From contig CAYNHV010000016.1 in the NCBI GenBank assembly GCA_964397315.1, positions 1-32,178 on the forward strand: DNA of 32,178 bases, read 5' to 3'. Positions 25,872 to 32,178 of the stretch are shown piece by piece. The notes under the pieces are model-generated. The model made no database searches. It saw nothing but the letters and a program-made list of their open reading frames with translations, and was not told where the DNA came from. The stretch's first letter is position 1; every line of letters starts with the position of its first letter. The DNA comes from an uncultured Methanosarcinales archaeon. Lineage in GTDB: Archaea > Nanobdellota > Nanobdellia > Woesearchaeales > UBA12501. Both the position numbers and the translations under genes were made by a program.

Positions 25872-26834
25872 TCACCACACGTTCTTCTCCATGCCTATAA
25901 CCGCTCTTGCGATGTTCTTGACCGACACTGTCATTGACTTCATCTGCTCAACAACCATGTGGGTGTGGGCGTTCTGCCTTTCCTTGATGAAATCATTGAG
26001 TCTTGTTATTTTTTCCGCGCCTGCATTCTCCATCTTCAGCGCAAGGTTTATGTCCTTCTTGTAATAGGCTTTCATGACATCCGAGTAGCAGTCTCTTATT
26101 GCCTTGTAGATGCTCTCAACCTCCTTCTTTTCCCCCTCCTTGAGGTTTGCATCCCTGAGGAACCTTGCCACTCTTTTTGACTTGTCAGCGACCTTTTCCA
26201 GCTTTTCAATCAGTATGTACTCATAAAGTATCTCCACGTTCTTCTTGCCGAGCTGTTTCGCTATCCTTGAGTCTATCATTGCGGCTCTGAGGACCCTGTA
26301 TGCGAGGTAGACCAGCCTGTTCACGTCCTGGTCCCTCTCGTAAACGTCCTCGTACACGTTATCACGTATGCTGCTGATTGAGTCAGTGAGCATTGACCTG
26401 ACTATGTTGTCCATCCTTCTGATGAGAGTCCCTATGGAGATTTCTGCAATGCTGAGCAGGTCCTTTGCAACTATCTTCTCTGAGTCCTGCCTTATGATCT
26501 CAATCCCTGTCAGGTTCCTCAGGATTGCCTTTACTTTAGAGGCTGACTCGCTCTTCATCCTGCCCCTTATCTCCATGATGTCATAATTGTTGAGATATGA
26601 TGATATTATCTCTGTCTGTATCATCTCTATGTCCTTGTCAGCTATGTTTATGGTGACTGTCTTGGGCTGTATCTTCTTCTCGCCATTATCCCCTGTGTAC
26701 AGCACTATCTCTCCGTCTTTCTCCTCCAGGTTCACAACATCGCCCTTCTTAAGCTTGTTCTCAGAAATCCACGCCTTTGGAAGGGAAATGACATAAGAAG
26801 AGTTCCCAAATGAGATTATCTTTCTCGTATCCAT
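25872..26834 (-). CDS. phoU: Phosphate uptake regulator, AbrB-PhoU fusion
   Basis: RKI..FG.SSYVISLPK.W....LKKGD (AbrB), then RD.DVNRL and LEKVAD (PhoU). GGGGTG RBS before ATG 26834. Confidence 0.9.
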   Translation of the reverse strand: MDTRKIISFGNSSYVISLPKAWISENKLKKGDVVNLEEKDGEIVLYTGDNGEKKIQPKTVTINIADKDIEMIQTEIISSYLNNYDIMEIRGRMKSESASKVKAILRNLTGIEIIRQDSEKIVAKDLLSIAEISIGTLIRRMDNIVRSMLTDSISSIRDNVYEDVYERDQDVNRLVYLAYRVLRAAMIDSRIAKQLGKKNVEILYEYILIEKLEKVADKSKRVARFLRDANLKEGEKKEVESIYKAIRDCYSDVMKAYYKKDINLALKMENAGAEKITRLNDFIKERQNAHTHMVVEQMKSMTVSVKNIARAVIGMEKNVW

Positions 26835-26954
26835 ACCAAACACCCCCGCTTTTTACGTGCAGGCATATACCTGCTATGCTATATATATAATATATGGATA
26901 AATTATATATTAATAAATGTTTCTATTGTTATTGCTCCAAAAGGGGGTGGCACA

Positions 26955-27068
26955 ATGAGAAGAATAAAGCTGATAAGGCTTGAGGACGAGGAATTCTCTG
27001 ACGAGCTTTCGCAGGAGGGAATGCTTGTACACCCTGACTTTAAGGATGAGCTGGCATCAGGAAGCTGA
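26955..27068 (+). CDS. Small acidic protein (37 aa)
   Basis: MRRIKLIRLEDEEFSDELSQEGMLVHPDFKDELASGS with a GGGGGTGG RBS, an upstream AT-rich promoter and a downstream T-tract. Confidence 0.6.
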   Translation: MRRIKLIRLEDEEFSDELSQEGMLVHPDFKDELASGS

Positions 27069-27227
27069 CTTTCTTTTTTAAAAGAAAAGGCCCTGCAGAA
27101 CCGGCATGCAGGGCCGCGATAAAACCGCCTGATTGGGCTCCGGCCTGTATGTAAGTTTAGGCTATAAAACAAAATCTTAATAAGAAACAACGGTCTTAAA
27201 ATTGTCTACCCTAAGATATTTATCAAT

Positions 27228-27644
27228 AATGGCTTTTATGATGAGAGCGGCTGCAGCCCTTATGATTACTGCTCTGCCACCTATGGCGCTTACTGCAACG
27301 GCTGTCCAGAGCCTTCATGCGGCGAGTGCGAGACTCCACACTGCCCTGACACAGGCCAGCCAGCCTGCCAGGCTGACGAGGGCGCTTCATGCGGAACAAA
27401 GGATTGCGATGACCTTGACACCGCGTGCAGGGATTATGATGACTTGACAAGGTACTGCGATGGCTCTGGCAGCTGTGGTGACCCTGAATGTGACTCATAC
27501 ACTGACGCTCCAGAGGGAACGTCCTGCGGTGACAGCAAGGAATGTGACGGCAGCGGGAATTGCGTTGCAGAGTCAGGCTGCGTTGATGAGTGCGGTGAGG
27601 GAAGCTCATCAGATAATGATTTTGTGGGTGTTGTGTTTTCCTGA
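27228..27644 (+). pseudogene. Internal fragment of a Cys/Asp-rich surface protein
   Basis: Open frame NGFYDESGCSPYDYC...YCDGSGSC...CDGSGNCV has no ATG and no signal peptide. It ends at the dispersed repeat. Confidence 0.7.
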
Positions 27645-27657
27645 GTTTTCTTTTCCT

Positions 27658-27862
27658 GGTGTTTCCCTCCCTTACTGCACAACTATTTAGCAGGCTTATT
27701 GCTTCTGGAACAGCACAACTTTCCTCTTCTGCCTTTAATAAGCCCGCCCATTGATATGCTTAAAGCGCTCTGAATGATTTGCTGCTCTCAAGCTGTTAAA
27801 GGGGGAGGGGGGGTGGGATTTATCCCTCTGTAATTGCGTCTGGGGCGGCGGTTATGCCTGGA
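27658..27862. repeat. ~205-bp dispersed repeat, copy B
   Basis: Homologous to 8157-8359 in the same orientation. Confidence 0.85.
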
Positions 27863-27976
27863 TTATTCTTTTTGCTCTTGACTCAGAACAAAACATTGGT
27901 TTATTATCACTTTTAAATGACGAAAACCTAAAGCTTTAAATAGGAGTAATACCTAACAGGTGTTGCAAGGTGGTTT

Positions 27977-28996
27977 ATGATGTTTGGAAAGCTTGAGAGC
28001 ATTCTCAACAGCGCTTTGGGACTTTCTACTACTCCAAATACCTTCACAAGAAGGAGCTTTCTCTACGCAACAGGAATCTCTGCACTTGCAGCAGCCTGCA
28101 GCGGCTCTGGAGGAGGCTCAGGCAATAATGACACAACACCTTCTGACACAACGCCTCCCGCAGCCACCGACATTTACGCTTACGAGTCTAACGAGCATGG
28201 AGAGCTTGTTGACCTTGTCTGGCAAAGCCCTGGTGATGACAACCTTGAGGGAACTCCATCCTATTTCCTGATTAAATACTCAGCAGACCCCATACTCACA
28301 GAAGAAGCATGGGACAAAGCCTCGGACCTTGGAAGCATTGATGCAGTAGGCCCTGTCGGAACTAATTATGACGAGACACTGCCCTGCCCTGCAGGAGAGT
28401 GGTACTTTGGAATAAAAACCTTTGACGAGGCAGGCAACGCAAGCGAAGTGTCAGACTACCCGCAAGGAACACCAGTCAAAGTCCCAACAAGAGAAGAGTT
28501 TTACGTTGATAAATGGCTTGCTCCAGGAGGATTTGACCTTAACTATGACGAGTCCGTGCTTCTTATAAGAGGCGATGCCTCAAAAGGAATTGACTATAAT
28601 GCAGACGCTCTCGCGCAGATACTGATAAATACTGATGCCTCATCAGGAACACCCTGGTCAGACTTTGCAACATGGGAGGACATAAGAGACCTGCTGCTTC
28701 AATATACAGACGGACAGCCAGTAACTGCGGAGAACAGCGAATTATTGGAAACCTCTTCAAACGCTACCACTCTAAACTCAAATATGCTTTATAATTGTTT
28801 GATAAAGATCTGGGACCCGGTTGAGGAAGAGGAGGAGTTGAGAAATCAAGAATTCAAGAATATGACTCAATCTGAATGGGATGCTGTATATGACATCCAC
28901 AGAAATGCCCTCATCCAGATAGTTGAGGCCTTCCCTGAGAATTATGGCGGAACTCCTGGAGGAGACCCTGACATAAACTTTGCTCCTGGATGGTAA
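27977..28996 (+). CDS. Twin-arginine-signal lipoprotein with fibronectin III-like domain
   Basis: TRRSFL motif, lipobox LAAAC, Gly/Ser linker, and DTTPP...LVWQSPGDD...YFGIKTFDEAGNAS.VS. Confidence 0.85.
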   Translation: MMFGKLESILNSALGLSTTPNTFTRRSFLYATGISALAAACSGSGGGSGNNDTTPSDTTPPAATDIYAYESNEHGELVDLVWQSPGDDNLEGTPSYFLIKYSADPILTEEAWDKASDLGSIDAVGPVGTNYDETLPCPAGEWYFGIKTFDEAGNASEVSDYPQGTPVKVPTREEFYVDKWLAPGGFDLNYDESVLLIRGDASKGIDYNADALAQILINTDASSGTPWSDFATWEDIRDLLLQYTDGQPVTAENSELLETSSNATTLNSNMLYNCLIKIWDPVEEEEELRNQEFKNMTQSEWDAVYDIHRNALIQIVEAFPENYGGTPGGDPDINFAPGW

Positions 28997-29010
28997 ATTT
29001 ACATTAGGAA

Positions 29011-29030
29011 ATATTTGCCTGTGCAAATAT
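29011..29030. terminator. Hairpin between convergent genes
   Basis: ATATTTGC-ctgt-GCAAATAT. Confidence 0.4.
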
Positions 29031-29407
29031 CATTTCTTCTTTTTGAACAATAACCATTTTTTATCAAGCAGAGCTTCCTTATCTGCTGCCTGGAATATCT
29101 TTCCATACTTAGTTTTTGGTTTCAGGCCTGACCTATGATTAATAATACAATCTTTTATTTCAGTATAAAGTCCTTTATACTCTGGGTTCTCTTCCATAAA
29201 CTTATCCAAATAATAAATACTATAAAGATGGTGTTTCTCTTTATTCTTCAGCTTGCCCATATCATGCAGCCAGGATGAAATAATAAATACATCCTCATCA
29301 AGAGAGATGTTTTTTGCTTTTAAGCATGCTCTCAAGACTGCTTTATTATGTACAATATGCTTCTTGTCATTCCACTCTTCCCTAAATAATCTCTCAGCGG
29401 GATGCAT
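29030..29407 (-). CDS. HD-domain phosphohydrolase
   Basis: H..V ... WLHDMGK ... HH ... IINH ... AADK metal ligands. The start is probably ATG 29407. Confidence 0.88.
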   Translation of the reverse strand: MHPAERLFREEWNDKKHIVHNKAVLRACLKAKNISLDEDVFIISSWLHDMGKLKNKEKHHLYSIYYLDKFMEENPEYKGLYTEIKDCIINHRSGLKPKTKYGKIFQAADKEALLDKKWLLFKKKK

Positions 29408-30302
29408 ATTCTTCCTCAATCCTTTTTTTCCTTACATCAATAAGTCTTATGAACTCATTATATGGATTGATATTCTCTGCTTTGCATCCCTGAAGGAAGT
29501 TCCATACTGCAACGCTTCTATATGTCCTAAGCTCTTCATTATAATCCATCGCCTGGGCTACAAAGTCAGCGTAATTCCTAAGTTCTGGGTTTTGGGATAT
29601 AAATTCATCTCTTTCCATTCTGTTTTTTGCAGAGTTTATTAATTTATTGCGATGAATTTCTTTCATTCTATTATATATATCATTCAAGTTGTCATATCTT
29701 GGCTTATTAGACTCTATAAAATCAGCTATCCAAGCCTCTGAGAAGTTCTCAAGAATATCAATAAGCCTATGTTTTGTGAGAGCATACTTGGCAAACCATT
29801 CATCATTCCACTGGGAGAACCATTGGCTTCTAGGAGAATACTTATCAGTTGTATTTGCTACTTTGTATCCCTGATGCATAAGCTTGAACAGATAGTTTCT
29901 CTCAAAAAAGGTCATATTCTCTGATGTAACAAGAATATTTGCTGGTACTCTGTCAAAATCAATAAGCTTGTCCATAATCAGGCTTTCATAATCCAGATGG
30001 ACAAACCAGTCTTCTCTGAAATCATCGGTAGGATTAGTTAATATTGATTCCAACCTTTTCTTATGTTCTTTTCTTACTTTTGATATGTTTGTGTTCCCTT
30101 TGTCTGAATTCAGGTATTTAAAGCAGCATTTTCCTGCAAGTTTCCCTTTATACATAACTTCAGTTATTGAATCATCAAATCTAAGTTTGTTATCTGGAAA
30201 CCTATAAATAACTGATATTTTAGTTTTATGGCAGTCAAGAAACATCTCTCTTGCTTTCATCTGATATAAGCTAGGCCCCTCCCTTCTGGAATTCTTATTC
30301 AT
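29394..30302 (-). CDS. Hypothetical protein
   Basis: 302-aa ORF overlapping both neighbours. Contains DKLIDFDRVPANIL, a weak resemblance to a kinase catalytic loop. Confidence 0.8.
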   Translation of the reverse strand: MNKNSRREGPSLYQMKAREMFLDCHKTKISVIYRFPDNKLRFDDSITEVMYKGKLAGKCCFKYLNSDKGNTNISKVRKEHKKRLESILTNPTDDFREDWFVHLDYESLIMDKLIDFDRVPANILVTSENMTFFERNYLFKLMHQGYKVANTTDKYSPRSQWFSQWNDEWFAKYALTKHRLIDILENFSEAWIADFIESNKPRYDNLNDIYNRMKEIHRNKLINSAKNRMERDEFISQNPELRNYADFVAQAMDYNEELRTYRSVAVWNFLQGCKAENINPYNEFIRLIDVRKKRIEEEYASR

Positions 30303-31051
30303 TTATATCCCTCTTCATACCTCTCCCAATAATTAACTGCGTCATCGTCATATTTCTTCAATACTTCCAGACTGGCATCCTTAAAATCAATATCTGAGAA
30401 CTTACTGCTTTTAAGCCAGAACCTTCTTGCTACCTTCTTTGGGTTCCTAAAAAAAGAATAGTCTGGCCTATCTGAGAAATCCTTCTCAAAGTCTCTTAGG
30501 TAGAATACTTCTCCAAAACTTATCTCTGATGAGGTATAGAATGGGGGGAAAGTATCAATAAACACCCACCCTCTCTTTTCTTCTTTAATCCAGTTTTCAG
30601 GTTTCTGGTCTATACCAACTATTTTATCGCTAGAACAGACAAAATTAAGGGCATAATCAAGTAGTTGCTGATATGCCTCAATTGTCTCTTTTTCATTTGC
30701 TTGTTTAAGGAAAGCTTCAAAGGTATCTCCTTTTATAAGATTTTGTTCTAGATGGTATTTCCTGCCTTCTTTAACCTCTCTTACCTCTTCAAATGGAATA
30801 TACTTTCTCAATTCATCAGTGTATGCTTTGTGTAATACAGACAATCTTTCAATTGTACTCTCATCTGCCTCAAAGAATCCTTTGACTACAACATCTCCAT
30901 ATAATCTTGGAACTCCATAATTTCCTCTAAAATTCCTTAGAGGCAGCAACCTGCAATAATAGGATTCTCCAAGAACCGTGCGATAGTCTTCTACCTGCAC
31001 TACATCAAACAATGTCTTATGACTCTTGGACGTTTCTGTTTTTCTATTCAT
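30299..31051 (-). CDS. Protein-kinase-like fold protein (DUF6206-like)
   Basis: VVVKG (beta3 Lys), LEQNLI hinge, GIDQKPENW catalytic loop and VFID metal-binding motif. The start is probably 31051. Confidence 0.7.
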   Translation of the reverse strand: MNRKTETSKSHKTLFDVVQVEDYRTVLGESYYCRLLPLRNFRGNYGVPRLYGDVVVKGFFEADESTIERLSVLHKAYTDELRKYIPFEEVREVKEGRKYHLEQNLIKGDTFEAFLKQANEKETIEAYQQLLDYALNFVCSSDKIVGIDQKPENWIKEEKRGWVFIDTFPPFYTSSEISFGEVFYLRDFEKDFSDRPDYSFFRNPKKVARRFWLKSSKFSDIDFKDASLEVLKKYDDDAVNYWERYEEGYK

Positions 31052-31529
31052 AATAATCAGATCCTGCTTTTTGAGAACGACCCGTATCATAATACAGTTT
31101 TGCTTCTCTGAGCATTCCTAGATGAACATACCTATCTCTTATAGCATTGCAGATAACAGGTTCATGGATTCTTCCAGCTATCTCGGCAACAGCATAATAT
31201 GCCTTTGCAGCATGGTATTTCCTCATCGCATAAAGATAATCCTGCAGAATATTTGGGATATACCTCTTGTCAGGCATTAATCTGTCTCCTATCTTTAGGC
31301 ATTCATTCCAGTCATTGGATTTTAGGGCTTTTTCAAGCAGTCTCTCCTGCTCTGATATGAGCACTTTCCATTCAAGCATATTCAGAGACTCAGAAACCAT
31401 AAATTTATCCTGCTCTGAACCAATGTTTTGCGCTTTTCTCTCTGCTGACTTCAGCCTTTGAAATGCTTTCCTGTAATTTCCCCTTACAGCTTCAAAGTTT
31501 CCTATGGGGTAGTCTATGTCTGATTTCAT
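31044..31529 (-). CDS. Hypothetical all-helical (TPR-like) protein
   Basis: 161-aa ORF with RGNYRKAFQRL and YVHLGMLREAKLY helical-repeat-like segments. First gene of an overlapping operon. Confidence 0.72.
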   Translation of the reverse strand: MKSDIDYPIGNFEAVRGNYRKAFQRLKSAERKAQNIGSEQDKFMVSESLNMLEWKVLISEQERLLEKALKSNDWNECLKIGDRLMPDKRYIPNILQDYLYAMRKYHAAKAYYAVAEIAGRIHEPVICNAIRDRYVHLGMLREAKLYYDTGRSQKAGSDYYE

Positions 31530-31775
31530 TCTGGCACCCTACCCTCTTGGTTATCTCATCTCTTTTAGCAATTACTTTATGTTACACGACCATTTTTATA
31601 TGGGTTTCTTTGGTGTTTCCGTAATAGTTTCATCTTTTCCGCAATATTTTCAGTATCTTAGCAGATTTTTCAGATTAAAGGCGAAAAAGAGAATTATTTC
31701 TATCTCAGATGTATTATATCCATCCCAATCCAGCTAAGCACAAACTTTTAATAATAGTTAAATATCTTCATATAT

Positions 31776-32178
31776 ATGAAAAAGAGGTATTTGCTGTTAA
31801 TTGTGATAATTGCCCTTGTGGTTGTATTTGCAAAAGGTACTTTTTCTGCAACATGCGGAAATGGTATGTGTGAGCAGGGAGAAACTGCATTGAATTGTGA
31901 GTTGGATTGCACAGGAAGTTATATATGTGGAGATACTTATTGCCAACCAGAAAACAACGAAGACTGCTCTTCCTGCTCCATAGACTGCGGAGCCTGTGAT
32001 GGAGAGCCTTGCGAGTCTCATTCAGATTGCAACAGCGAGAATTGCCAGTACGACTGTGCAGAGCAACAGAAGATTTGTATGCCAGAAGGGGAAACCACTC
32101 CAGAATCCTGCGATGGAAAGGACAATGATTGCGACGGCCAGGTTGATGAGGGCTTTGATAATGACAATGACGGCTTTA
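31776..32178 (+). CDS. Secreted Cys-rich protein with MopE-like putative metal-binding repeat (partial, runs off window)
   Basis: Signal peptide MKKRYLLLIVIIALVVVFAKG, CGNG.CE.GE...NC..DC repeats, and ESCDGKDNDCDGQVDEG. Absent from the ORF track because there is no stop in the window. Confidence 0.88.
   Translation, partial: MKKRYLLLIVIIALVVVFAKGTFSATCGNGMCEQGETALNCELDCTGSYICGDTYCQPENNEDCSSCSIDCGACDGEPCESHSDCNSENCQYDCAEQQKICMPEGETTPESCDGKDNDCDGQVDEGFDNDNDGF

Noticed and set aside
3068..26796. Numerous Ser/Leu/Phe-rich antisense ORFs (e.g. 3068-3607, 5788-6447, 10202-10582)
   Set aside because: They are shadow frames of well-supported genes on the opposite strand.
27202..27447. Ala/Thr-rich 81-aa ORF
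   Set aside because: It is an off-frame reading of the Cys-rich fragment.
31530..31740. Fifth gene upstream of the kinase/HD operon
   Set aside because: All minus-strand frames contain multiple stops, so at most it is an unrecognisable remnant.

Overview
This is archaeal chromosomal DNA, most consistent with a DPANN (Woesearchaeota-like) genome. That taxonomy is an inference from TATA-driven leaderless starts, GGTGA ribosome-binding sites, BHB-intron tRNAs and gene content. In order, the window holds: a complete ISA1214-like IS (18-bp TIRs, DDE transposase, divergent DUF2080 ORF); tRNA-Leu(UAA) and tRNA-Thr(GGU), each split by two introns; proB; three tandem paralogues of unknown function; treT; a BatA/VWA-VWA-coiled coil-membrane-MoxR-DUF58 operon; a RelBE-type toxin-antitoxin pair; two head-to-head 5'-truncated genes; an AT-rich TPR/lipoprotein island; purM-like, PAC2, purC and guaB genes; an AbrB-PhoU regulator; Cys-rich surface-protein genes or remnants; a Tat lipoprotein; and an AT-rich four-gene operon with a kinase-like and an HD gene. 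The strongest unexplained signals are: (1) a 19-bp motif upstream of all three purine genes; (2) an AT-rich ~1.05-kb gene insert flanked by a perfect 16-bp direct repeat that duplicates an RBS/start site; (3) a ~205-bp dispersed non-coding repeat, one copy of which splits moxR from DUF58 and carries 41-bp tandem units; (4) a PurM with a duplicated N-domain and split catalytic motifs; (5) the kinase/HD operon. All family calls are by-eye motif recognition and no database searches were run.
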